Positions 1 to 9,216 of a stretch of DNA of 32,000 nucleotides are shown one piece after another; within the stretch, counting starts at the first letter, position 1; each line of letters opens with the position of its first letter. The translations under genes were made by a program, and so were the position numbers. A model generated the notes under the pieces. The model was not told the DNA's origin, did not search any database, and saw nothing but the letters and a program-made list of their open reading frames with translations. The stretch covers positions 164,675 through 196,674 of the forward strand of contig JAFGBS010000019.1 of NCBI GenBank assembly GCA_016933055.1. The letters run 5' to 3'. The DNA is from Promethearchaeota archaeon (GTDB lineage Archaea; Asgardarchaeota; Lokiarchaeia; Sigyniarchaeales; Promethearchaeaceae).

Positions 1-1
1 A

Positions 2-964
2 TTTTTAACTCGCTCTCTCCATTGTGAGACCCTGATGGTGATTGGCTTATCTATGATCATCATCAGCACAATTCATTTTTTTTTGAGTATAAATAAGGGA
101 TATTTACGATACAAACGTAATTTTGTTGTATATGTCATTTTGGGATTGATGACACTTTTTCTTACCCCTTATATTAGACAGATTTATTCTTTACCTTATG
201 TGGGGGTTGATCCGGGGGATGGATATTATGAAGTGAGTAATGTTGGCGAATTCTTTAAAAATTTGGGGCTATCTCCGATATTTGGCATTCCACAACCTTT
301 ATTCCCCTTTTTTGCAACTGCATGCATTGGAACTAGTTTCGCAATATATCTTACTAACACGGACAAATTACTTTATCCGATACGTATAATCCAAATTGGG
401 AAAATTGTTGCTGCAATAATGATATTGACCGGGACTTCAATTGTATTGACACGACTGGATGAAATTTATCTTATGTTTGAGCAGCAATTTGATGTGCATC
501 CTTTATGGTTCTGGTTGATGACCAATGGATTTCAGCTTATAATTATTGTTTGGTTTTTGGGAATGAATGAGTTCAATAGGAAAAAAACAGGTAAAAACTA
601 TCTAAAACACACACTTTTACTCCGTAGATGGGGCATATTATCCATGTCAATATTTCTCTGGCAAGCATATCCTGAACTTCTATTACGTTATTTGGGAACT
701 TGGATTACTCCCTACGATTTCATCACCCGACATTCCACTCCCGCAATACCCATGCTTATTTTAATGCTGACGACAACTGCTATTTGGGATGGAATTATTC
801 GGTTATGGGAAAAAATTCAATTCAAAGGATCTCTGGAGTGGATTATGCAAATTATAAAAAAGGGAAAACGCCAAGTGGATGTACAAGGAATATTATATGA
901 GGTAGAACCCATTCGATTTGTAGCACAACCACTCCCAGCGAAGAAGCTAACTGCAAAGATATAA
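2..964 (+). CDS. Multipass membrane protein, DUF1624/DUF418 (acyltransferase-like) clan; 5'-truncated by the window edge
   Basis: The frame is open from base 2 (FLTRSLHCETL) into the tracked ORF at 35. About 7 hydrophobic segments. The C-terminal 'WGILSMSIFLWQ ... FKGSLEWIM' resembles the DUF418-type 'SLxxYxxQ ... GPLEWL' pattern. Confidence 0.5.
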   Translation, partial: FLTRSLHCETLMVIGLSMIIISTIHFFLSINKGYLRYKRNFVVYVILGLMTLFLTPYIRQIYSLPYVGVDPGDGYYEVSNVGEFFKNLGLSPIFGIPQPLFPFFATACIGTSFAIYLTNTDKLLYPIRIIQIGKIVAAIMILTGTSIVLTRLDEIYLMFEQQFDVHPLWFWLMTNGFQLIIIVWFLGMNEFNRKKTGKNYLKHTLLLRRWGILSMSIFLWQAYPELLLRYLGTWITPYDFITRHSTPAIPMLILMLTTTAIWDGIIRLWEKIQFKGSLEWIMQIIKKGKRQVDVQGILYEVEPIRFVAQPLPAKKLTAKI

Positions 965-1148
965 TTCAAAAAACTCAGGAGTACTCGAAACATGTGGAAT
1001 TCAATGGTTCTTATGAATGGTTCATTTCCAATATCATTGTCGAAAAAACCAATTAAAAACCTCTGAAAAAAAACCAGATGCGAATGAAAAATTTATTATC
1101 TCATCCCAAGGGATTATTTATGGATAAATTCAATGGTGAAATAGGGTA

Positions 1149-2384
1149 ATGAAGATGAAAGGTATCTATTTTGATCTAAAAATGTGGAAAATTATTTTAA
1201 GTAAACTACGACTTGCACCCAAATTTCTTACCATCAATTATAAGGATAACTGGGCAATTCCAAAAATCACACATAATAGTCACGTACTAGTAAAAACTCT
1301 CAATGCGGGAATCTGCGGATCGGATATCCATCAAATAGATCTTGATATGTCGTATTATGCAAGTGTGTTATCCAGTCCCTTAAATCCTTCACCAATAGGG
1401 CATGAAGTTGTGGGTATAGTAGAGAAAACAAGCAAAAATTCTTCTTTAAAAAAAGGAGATAGAGTTGTGTTAAATCCAACTGCACATTGCGCATCTTATG
1501 GTTTTACTCCTTGTCCCAGTTGCCAAAAGGGGGACTGGCAGCATTGCTACACACTAGTGGGGACTGGAGATAATTCTGAACGAGAATCATCTTTTAAACC
1601 CTTTAAAGGGCAAATTTATGGAGGGTTCACTGAATATTTTCTTGCTTTTGAAAAGAATTTGTACAAAGTTCCCGAAAATGTCCCAAATTATGTAGCAGTA
1701 TTGACAGAACCCTTTACAGTTGCATTGCATGCAGTTATGCGCAATAAACCCTCAGATACGGATTCAATAATTATAATAGGAGCAGGAACCATTGGATTGA
1801 TGACCATTGTTGCTATTAGAACCTTAGGTATTAAGTCTAAAATTACCTCAATTGCTCGATACTCTCATCAAGCAGAACTTGCAAAACAACTAGGTGCGGA
1901 TACTGTATTGACAAGTTCAGGGGATAAAGAAAAATTGTACATAACTATTGCGGATATGCATAATTCATTACTAGTTACTCCCTTAATGCGTAAATCTTAT
2001 CTATATGGAACGAGGGGTCCAGATATAATATTTGATTCTGTTGGATCTCAGACTACAATAAACGATGCATTCCATTTGATTCGTTCGGGTGGAACCATAA
2101 TTGTAATGGGGATGGGGTATTCTATCACAAAAAATGTAGATTGGGCGATCCAAATATATAAGGAAGTTACACTAACAGGGACTTTCCTCCAAAGTATAGG
2201 TGAGGTCGATGGAAAAGTAGTAGACCCCTATGAATTAGCCCTTGATTTCATGGCGAATCATGGAACTCTGTTTGAACAATTTGTAACTCACCGCTACCCT
2301 ATAGATGAATATAAAAAAGCATTTGCAACGCTGGAGGATAAGGCACGTACTCAAGCAATTAAGGTGATTTTCGATTACACTTAG
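1149..2384 (+). CDS. Zinc-dependent alcohol/polyol dehydrogenase (MDR superfamily, threonine/sorbitol dehydrogenase-like)
   Basis: GICGSDIH and GHE catalytic-Zn motifs, four-Cys structural-Zn loop (HCASYGFTPCPSCQKGDWQHC), LTEP, Rossmann GAGTIG. Confidence 0.92.
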   Translation: MKMKGIYFDLKMWKIILSKLRLAPKFLTINYKDNWAIPKITHNSHVLVKTLNAGICGSDIHQIDLDMSYYASVLSSPLNPSPIGHEVVGIVEKTSKNSSLKKGDRVVLNPTAHCASYGFTPCPSCQKGDWQHCYTLVGTGDNSERESSFKPFKGQIYGGFTEYFLAFEKNLYKVPENVPNYVAVLTEPFTVALHAVMRNKPSDTDSIIIIGAGTIGLMTIVAIRTLGIKSKITSIARYSHQAELAKQLGADTVLTSSGDKEKLYITIADMHNSLLVTPLMRKSYLYGTRGPDIIFDSVGSQTTINDAFHLIRSGGTIIVMGMGYSITKNVDWAIQIYKEVTLTGTFLQSIGEVDGKVVDPYELALDFMANHGTLFEQFVTHRYPIDEYKKAFATLEDKARTQAIKVIFDYT

Positions 2385-2477
2385 ACAATTTCATAACTTT
2401 CTGAGTTATCGAGTAAAAGAATAAAGTAATAAATGCATGATTTGTTGTGTTACATATACTTCATAGGGTTGGGTATA

Positions 2478-4604
2478 GTGAAGCGAATTCGGATCAAGCT
2501 TATCCTTTTGGGAATGATTATTTTCACTCTTCTTGCTCTAGGTTTCACTTCTTCTTTTAATAAAACCCGAGCGCAAATAGAAATCGACTATGAGAAAATT
2601 CACCAAGATATCCTGATGGAAAGTAATCCGGGATATCTCGAGGATTGGTATATTCCGAAAATTGAAATGTTATTTATTGTTCCGGACGGTTACGAAAGTA
2701 CCGTAAAGCCATTATCTGATTGGAAAACTCTAAAAGGAGTACCCAGCATAATTATTAACCAATCTACTTATTTAGAATTTCCAGGTCGGGATGAAGCGGA
2801 AAGTTTACGGAATTGTATCAAATATTATTACGAGAATTACGAAATCCAATGGGTATTACTAGCGGGAGATACAAGTTTAATCCCTACACGTTATGTTTAT
2901 AATCCCGACACACGGATTTTACGGGAAGAAGGGACAAATGATTATGAACCCCTTGGTGCAAATGATATCTATAAACCTACGGATTATTATTATGCGGATT
3001 TAACAGGAACTTGGGATACTGATGGAGATAATATATTCGGAGAGAGTTTGTACGAAAATCGAGTAGAGGAAATTGAATGGACTCCTGAGGTCCATGTGGG
3101 TAGACTTCCAGGTAATTCTATCGAAGAAATTGAGCAGATGATAAACAAAACTTTGTTTTATGATACTGTACAAAATCCTGGTGAGTGGATGAATAGTATG
3201 TTAATTGGGGCTGCAATTCAGGATTGGCCAACTCCAAAGGATTTAGACGGAGAACAAGAGATTCGACTGGCGAATCAAATTATAGAAGAATCCGTAAAGG
3301 GAAATATTAATTATACTCTTTTGGCAGAATCCACTGACTACGGAACCAATTTATCCTCCACTACTTTCCGAAATGCATTCGAGCTCGGTCAATCCTTGGT
3401 CTTATTTGCTGGACATGGTTCTCCAAAGTCATTTAATGGAATCAATGGGGGAGTATCTACCACAATTTTCACAACAACTGCAGCTTTAAATCTTGAAAAT
3501 TATGAAATGCCGTCTTTTGTCTTTGCCGATGCGTGTTCTACCAATATGTTCGATCATATCAATGATTCAATGGGTGAAGTTCTAATTAAAAAAGAACGTG
3601 GAGGTGCGATCGGATATATCGGAAGTATGCGGTTGTCATTTTACTATACAAATGATTCCCAGAATACTTGTAACCTATGTGAACTCAATCGAGGAATGAC
3701 ACGATTGTTTTTTCATGAATTCTTCAATAATCAACATTATCAGCAAGGGAAAACCCTTAACGAAATGAGATTATCTTATTTAAATTCCGTATGGTTACAG
3801 AGCAATCCACGGTTCGGTAATTCTTACACTATCCATAATATTGAGTGGGAACGAAAAAACGTTTTGACATATAACTTGTTGGGAGATCCGGAATTAGATA
3901 TTTTCACACAAGCCCCTAGAATATTCAAAAATGAGACATTTATCCTAAACACCTCATACTTTGAGGGTAGTTACATCCAAAGAATAATTACCGATGATAC
4001 GAATAATCCTATTCCCTTCGCTAAAGTCGCATTGCAAGGCGAAAATTCCACTTATAAAACCTTTTTTACAGATGAAAATGGATTAGTACAAGTACAATTA
4101 CCCTATGGTGCGAGATTTTATAATTATACAATTACAGCCCATAACATGATCCCTCAATTTGGTACTTTTCATACCGTGGAAGATGATCACGCTCCATTAT
4201 TTTCAGATCCATATTCCTACTCTCCAGGAAAACCTACTGTAAACGATAAAATAATGTTCAATATCCCCGTGGTTGATTACGAATCTTATATAGCTTGTGG
4301 CGTATTAGTATTGTCAACGGATTTATTCCACACATATGATTTTTATGAATTTCCTTTTAATCGCGAACATCTAAGCGTAAAAGGCGAATTACCACGATTG
4401 CAACCGGGTGAGTATGCTTACATTTTATATGTGTATGATTTTGGGCAAAATTATACCTTCACCTATTGGAATAACAACATGATCTTTACTATCCCTGTTT
4501 CTGTTGCATTCATATTCGTTCTTCTGGCAAATATAGGGCTGTTGGGATTTATCGGGTATTTCATTTGCAAAAAATATAGAGAGAATTTACTTCCGTATGA
4601 TTGA
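2478..4604 (+). CDS. Membrane-anchored gingipain-like cysteine peptidase (family C25)
   Basis: Signal/anchor segment after GTG 2478 (the tracked ATG at 2433 is an alternative start). VLLAGD, VGRLP, catalytic His (FAGHG) and Cys (ADACS), LLGDP motif, Ig-like tail and a C-terminal TM helix followed by KKYR. Confidence 0.85.
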   Translation: MKRIRIKLILLGMIIFTLLALGFTSSFNKTRAQIEIDYEKIHQDILMESNPGYLEDWYIPKIEMLFIVPDGYESTVKPLSDWKTLKGVPSIIINQSTYLEFPGRDEAESLRNCIKYYYENYEIQWVLLAGDTSLIPTRYVYNPDTRILREEGTNDYEPLGANDIYKPTDYYYADLTGTWDTDGDNIFGESLYENRVEEIEWTPEVHVGRLPGNSIEEIEQMINKTLFYDTVQNPGEWMNSMLIGAAIQDWPTPKDLDGEQEIRLANQIIEESVKGNINYTLLAESTDYGTNLSSTTFRNAFELGQSLVLFAGHGSPKSFNGINGGVSTTIFTTTAALNLENYEMPSFVFADACSTNMFDHINDSMGEVLIKKERGGAIGYIGSMRLSFYYTNDSQNTCNLCELNRGMTRLFFHEFFNNQHYQQGKTLNEMRLSYLNSVWLQSNPRFGNSYTIHNIEWERKNVLTYNLLGDPELDIFTQAPRIFKNETFILNTSYFEGSYIQRIITDDTNNPIPFAKVALQGENSTYKTFFTDENGLVQVQLPYGARFYNYTITAHNMIPQFGTFHTVEDDHAPLFSDPYSYSPGKPTVNDKIMFNIPVVDYESYIACGVLVLSTDLFHTYDFYEFPFNREHLSVKGELPRLQPGEYAYILYVYDFGQNYTFTYWNNNMIFTIPVSVAFIFVLLANIGLLGFIGYFICKKYRENLLPYD

Positions 4605-4827
4605 AAGGAAAAGAAGAAAGAAAGGCTACATTTTGAAGTTTCCCACTATTTAGTAATAGCAGTACTTACATCAACCCCCTTGAGCTTAATTACTCTGTTC
4701 GGAATGGGAAGAGATGTTTCCTCAAGGAGTATGAACGTAGCCAATTTTGTTGTATATTACCCTCGATATAAATTTTTTCATCTTCACTGTAATGAGTGTT
4801 TAAAAATGAATAAGATAAGGATCTAGT

Positions 4828-6066
4828 ATGAAGAAAATAGTCGTTCTCGGTGGTTGTGGTGCGGTTGGTCGTCACACCGTTCGAACATTAGCTAAATCTA
4901 AGGATGTAGATAAGGTGGTCATTGCTGATATTAATCTGGATCTAGCAGAGCAGATGGCTCAGCAGTTAGGTGAGAAAGTTACCGCAGTGAATGTGGACGT
5001 AAACAACACCGAAGACATTCGAAATGCAATAAAAGGTGCTAAGGTAGTCGTAAATACAGTCGGACCTTATTACATGTTTGAGAAAAAAATCCTCGAGGCC
5101 GTGATTGAAGAGGGTATTGACTACGTGGATGTATGTGATGATACTGGTGCGACATATGATGCGTTAAATCTTGATGAGAGAGCTAAAGAAAAGGGAGTAA
5201 CAGCCCTAATCGGCATGGGTTCCAGTCCCGGAGTTACCAATATTTTAGCAGCGTTTGCAGCTACCACAAAAAATATTCTGGCAGAATGTGAATCTATTGA
5301 TCTATATCATATACATGGAGGGGAGCCGGTCGAAGGTGTTGGGGTAATTGGACATAGATTTTATTGCATGCAACAAGATGTTCCTTTATTTCTTGATGGA
5401 GAAATGTTAAACCTGAGCCAGAAAGAAAGTGAGGACTACATTGAGGAAGTAGATTTCATCAACCTGGAAGGAAAACATACAGTCTATCCGTATCCTCATC
5501 CAGAACCGATAACTTTGCCAAAATGGATTCCTGGAGTTAAGAGAGTTACGAACAAAGGAACTGTACTTCCTGAAGAATATTACGATCTCACCCGAACTTT
5601 ATATAAATGTGGGATGGCTTCAAAGGAACCCATAATGGTTAATGGTACCCCTGTGATTCCCCATGATTTTGCAACTCAATTTTTGATTAAACGAAGAAAT
5701 GAAATTTTGAGGGAAACCAACTTTGGAGAGCAGCGTGGATGTGTGAAAATTGTGGTAATCGGCAAGAATGAACTCGGATTAGATAGGAAATATATTTTTT
5801 CCTTGGTATCTGAAGGTGCCGGAAAAGGACAAGCAATGGGAGAGGGTACGGGAATACCATGTGCATTGGGTGCATTATTATTATTACGAGGAAAAATCAA
5901 GAATGGTCCGGGTGTATTGCCTCCAGAGGCAAGCGTAAATGCGATGGAATTTCTCTCATTAATGCGAGAAATCATGCAAATAGACGGAAAAGATAAAACT
6001 AAAAAATCTCCATTAATCATACAAAAAGTGGATGAAATGGGAAGGATTGAAACCATCGATATTTAA
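4828..6066 (+). CDS. Saccharopine dehydrogenase family NAD(P)-dependent oxidoreductase
   Basis: N-terminal Rossmann VLGGCGAVG, VVNTVGPY, DYVDVCDD, GMGSSPGVTN, HPEPITLP and C-terminal GVLPPE motifs typical of the family. Substrate not determinable. Confidence 0.88.
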   Translation: MKKIVVLGGCGAVGRHTVRTLAKSKDVDKVVIADINLDLAEQMAQQLGEKVTAVNVDVNNTEDIRNAIKGAKVVVNTVGPYYMFEKKILEAVIEEGIDYVDVCDDTGATYDALNLDERAKEKGVTALIGMGSSPGVTNILAAFAATTKNILAECESIDLYHIHGGEPVEGVGVIGHRFYCMQQDVPLFLDGEMLNLSQKESEDYIEEVDFINLEGKHTVYPYPHPEPITLPKWIPGVKRVTNKGTVLPEEYYDLTRTLYKCGMASKEPIMVNGTPVIPHDFATQFLIKRRNEILRETNFGEQRGCVKIVVIGKNELGLDRKYIFSLVSEGAGKGQAMGEGTGIPCALGALLLLRGKIKNGPGVLPPEASVNAMEFLSLMREIMQIDGKDKTKKSPLIIQKVDEMGRIETIDI

Positions 6067-6086
6067 TATTCGATGAAACTTCACTT

Positions 6087-6365
6087 TTATCCCGTCAATT
6101 TTTCTATTTTTGAGTGTAATGATTGAAAGCGAGTGAGGAATTGATCGAATAGTCTCTTTTGGCTGACAAATCGCTCTCGATTTGTTTCGATCCATATCTG
6201 AAGTTCAGTGTGAGTATCGGATAAAATAAGCCTAGTATCAGTGGCAATACTTGTAACTGATGGCGGTTCCAGAATCTTTACGATATGCAGAATACTTTTT
6301 TGCATGAAGATTTTTAAATCATCTTCACCGGATTTTTTAATCTCCCGATGCAGTTTTTCAAGCAT
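6087..6365 (-). CDS. Small helical hypothetical protein (about 92 aa), probably translationally coupled to the upstream gene
   Basis: ATG at 6365 overlaps the TGA of the upstream gene (ATGCTTGA, 8-nt overlap). The ORF fills the space up to the convergent gene. Confidence 0.55.
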   Translation of the reverse strand: MLEKLHREIKKSGEDDLKIFMQKSILHIVKILEPPSVTSIATDTRLILSDTHTELQIWIETNRERFVSQKRLFDQFLTRFQSLHSKIEKLTG

Positions 6366-7137
6366 CCAATTCCTCTTCCACAATCGGTTTGAAATGTTTT
6401 GCAACCGATATTAATTCGATATCGGGGATAATCCTATCTTCAGCCAGTTCTTTCACGGGGTTCGTTTTTATTTTTGTGATTTCCGCAACATCTGATGGTC
6501 TTAATATTTCTCCTTTGAACAATTGTTTGATTTCTTTTACATAATCTCGCATAAGATTGCCGGTATTTGGAGGAATATACTCAATCTTTTTTGGGGGATT
6601 TCGGGAGGGAGAAAGGGGGGGAGGTGTTGTTAATGGTTGCCCAGAAATCGGTATATATTGGACTTGTGGTTTAGAATTAATTAGAGCCAATTTTAGCATT
6701 TCTTTCAAGTAATTCTGGGTTTCTTCCATTTCCTTTTTGATTACTAGTAATTCTGAACGTAAATTTTGGAGATCTACATGATCTTGAAGCAGAGATTGAA
6801 TAACCATGTTAAATGTGAATCGTCCGTGACTTTTTTGACTCATGGTGCTTTTCATACGTTTAATGGTTTTATAGACTTGACCATCAATCGAAACTGATTT
6901 ACGAGTTAGGGAATCTTTTGTCAACTCTTGAACGGGAATGTCCTTAAATATCGATCGAAACTTTGTTATTGTCCTCATACTGGAATTCTCTATTGTCTGC
7001 TTATTAATGGGTGGATGGGGTTTGGATCTCTTTGATTTGCTCGCTCTTTTATGTTCAATAGGGTTCCCATCTTGTTCATGTTTCTTTTTTGGTGTCTTTT
7101 CACCGGATTGCTCTAAGATCATCATCTGATCTACCAT
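6358..7137 (-). CDS. Hypothetical protein: basic disordered N-terminus, RHH-like segment, coiled coil, Pro-rich linker, C-terminal amphipathic helix
   Basis: 259-aa ORF. Residues 79-118 (RKSVSIDGQVYKTIKRMK...FTFNMVIQSLL) follow the archaeal RHH/antitoxin-like pattern TIxIxxxVYxxLxxxK...SFxxVIxxLL. Heptads at 119-155, PPPLSPSRNPP at 172-182. Confidence 0.7.
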   Translation of the reverse strand: MVDQMMILEQSGEKTPKKKHEQDGNPIEHKRASKSKRSKPHPPINKQTIENSSMRTITKFRSIFKDIPVQELTKDSLTRKSVSIDGQVYKTIKRMKSTMSQKSHGRFTFNMVIQSLLQDHVDLQNLRSELLVIKKEMEETQNYLKEMLKLALINSKPQVQYIPISGQPLTTPPPLSPSRNPPKKIEYIPPNTGNLMRDYVKEIKQLFKGEILRPSDVAEITKIKTNPVKELAEDRIIPDIELISVAKHFKPIVEEELDA

Positions 7138-7375
7138 TGATAATCTAGCTTAATCTGAGAAAAACTATATAAAATACCCTACTTGGAAAGCGAAAACGCG
7201 AAAATACCGATTGGAGAGAGAAATGAATTCTTTTCAACAATCGTTTGGGATTTAACATGTGGGACAATTTTTAAAAAAATATTTTACAGGGGTGTACCTT
7301 CATAATTGATCCAGTAGATATGTCAAATTCTTTGTTAATGAAAATCCTGGTAAATTTTATTAGATTGACATATAT

Positions 7376-7389
7376 TTTCTCATGAGAAA
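7376..7389. promoter_or_regulatory. Perfect 14-bp palindrome TTTCTCATGAGAAA in a divergent promoter region; candidate operator
   Basis: Read directly from the sequence. An 8-bp-arm inverted repeat (TATCGTAA 7392-7399 / TTACGATA 7413-7420) follows immediately. Confidence 0.3.
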
Positions 7390-7643
7390 GTTATCGTAAA
7401 TTAAATTATAAATTACGATATAAAGCATTTTCAATTATCGGTGTTCAATCAAGACTTAAACGAACTATTGTTCTCTATCCCATAAAACTCTACATTATTC
7501 TATTCCACATCGTGAATCATGTCTTTCTAATACTTTAAAAACCAGATATTCTAACGAAGGATTTAAATTAATATATCGAGAACTACATACTAGCCTTTAT
7601 TCAAGGCAAAAATCCATTAATTAATTTCGGTGGGTTTGATATT

Positions 7644-9113
7644 ATGAAAAAGAATACTCGCCTTACTATATTATCGATTTTTCTAACATTGATGATAGGA
7701 ATCGTGCCTTTTGTTTTTTTGATTAAACCAGCAGGGGCAAATAATGATAGACTTTATTCTCCTGATGGAAAAGGATACATTGAAGAAATTCCCGAATACC
7801 CGGGGAAATACAGAATGCATTTAGAGGGAACTCCATATCAAATGGGAGAACAACAAGGTTATCTCGGAGCCCGTAGTGTCAGTCGTCTTGCATCAGAGGA
7901 TTGGTTTAAAAATATCGTGACCGGTTTATTAGATGCCCCCGACTTTATTTTAGACATAATTTTAGGAGATATTTTGGATTACAATCGTCTGGTAAATGTT
8001 GTGGGTAGTGTTGTGGATTATTCTATACTGCAAGCTGTGAAGTATGTTTCGGGAGATAGTATTGATACTATGTTGGACAAACTTCTTGTATTATGTCGCG
8101 CTCTGGTTGCACATAACATGATATATGTTCCAGAAGAGTTTCTAACAGAATGCCAAGGTGTCGCAGATGGTGCTAATACCGCTGGATACGATGATGTGAC
8201 ATATGAGGATGTTCTATTATTAAATATGGGAATGGATGCTCTTTTGGCACTAGCCTATCCCGTTGTAGAACCTTGGCTGTTTTGGATGGACTTATTCTCC
8301 TTCCTATCCTGTAGTGGTTATGTTGTAAAAGGATATGGTACAGTTGGCGGTCATACAATTATGGGACGACACTGGCAGTTCTCCAGTTACGTTCTATTTG
8401 AAGAACTGATGATGATCGAATACAACCCAATAAGTGGAAATAGGTTCATTTCAACATCTGCTCCAGGATTCGTAGGATTGACAAGTGCAATGAATGATCA
8501 AGGAATAGGAATCGGTCAAGACATGGTACCTGCCCAAGACTGCGATCCAGCCAATTACGGGATGGGGACACTATTCACAGCTCGTTATGTTGCACAACAT
8601 TGTGATCAATATTCGGAAGCAATTAATTTCATTACATCTTCTGTTCATGGATGTTCATGGATTTATGGAATTGGAGATGGACGAAATGGAGAAACTGGTG
8701 GATGTGCCTTAGAGATATCAGATAATTATTATCGAGTTCGGGATATGAGATATACTCGACCGTGGTGGGCTATCTTCTCATATGATACAATCGAAAAGAA
8801 AAATGATTTAGTGACGTGGACGAATCATTACATTTACGTACGGATGAATGACCTAGCTGACTCGACTGCTATTGATGATTCGAAGAACAGATATAGTTGG
8901 CTAACGAATCTGGCATTAAATATGTATGGAACTATAGATCTACATAGTGGAGCAACATTAATTGACTATCTGCATCCTCCTAATTATAACTATTATACGG
9001 GCGGACCCGATATGCCGGTAGGCGCTTGCCTTACCGCTTGGGATCTCACCACATTGCAAGCTAAGGCATTATTTGGTCTGTACAGTGATCAGTGGGTTAT
9101 TGTGACTTTTTAA
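7644..9113 (+). CDS. Secreted/anchored C45-family Ntn-hydrolase (acyl-CoA:6-APA acyltransferase / acid-ceramidase-like)
   Basis: Signal peptide, HLEGTPYQMGEQQG N-terminal motif, EECQGVADG-like segment, autocleavage nucleophile Cys223 in SCSG (codon 8310), GRHWQF, GMN-like AMNDQGI, TNHY. Confidence 0.85.
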   Translation: MKKNTRLTILSIFLTLMIGIVPFVFLIKPAGANNDRLYSPDGKGYIEEIPEYPGKYRMHLEGTPYQMGEQQGYLGARSVSRLASEDWFKNIVTGLLDAPDFILDIILGDILDYNRLVNVVGSVVDYSILQAVKYVSGDSIDTMLDKLLVLCRALVAHNMIYVPEEFLTECQGVADGANTAGYDDVTYEDVLLLNMGMDALLALAYPVVEPWLFWMDLFSFLSCSGYVVKGYGTVGGHTIMGRHWQFSSYVLFEELMMIEYNPISGNRFISTSAPGFVGLTSAMNDQGIGIGQDMVPAQDCDPANYGMGTLFTARYVAQHCDQYSEAINFITSSVHGCSWIYGIGDGRNGETGGCALEISDNYYRVRDMRYTRPWWAIFSYDTIEKKNDLVTWTNHYIYVRMNDLADSTAIDDSKNRYSWLTNLALNMYGTIDLHSGATLIDYLHPPNYNYYTGGPDMPVGACLTAWDLTTLQAKALFGLYSDQWVIVTF

Positions 9114-9148
9114 GTAAAGCGCCGATAGAATAAAATAATTCAAAATTC

Positions 9149-9158
9149 TTTTTTTTTT
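9149..9158 (+). terminator. Oligo-T (T10) archaeal-type terminator after the C45 gene
   Basis: Run of ten T about 35 nt downstream of the stop at 9113. Confidence 0.5.
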
Positions 9159-9216
9159 CAATCTTAAATCGTAAAATTAAAAATAGACCGCTTTTTAGAA
9201 ATCTTGGTGACATAAA

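Noticed and set aside
4602-4640. Selenocysteine read-through at TGA stops (e.g. the gingipain gene)
   Set aside because: The downstream frame closes within about 10 codons, and no conserved continuation or SECIS-like hairpin was apparent.
7138-7643. Replication origin or ncRNA in the long intergenic region
   Set aside because: No ORB-like repeats with G-strings, no adjacent orc1/cdc6, and no tRNA cloverleaf or GC-rich structured segment visible.
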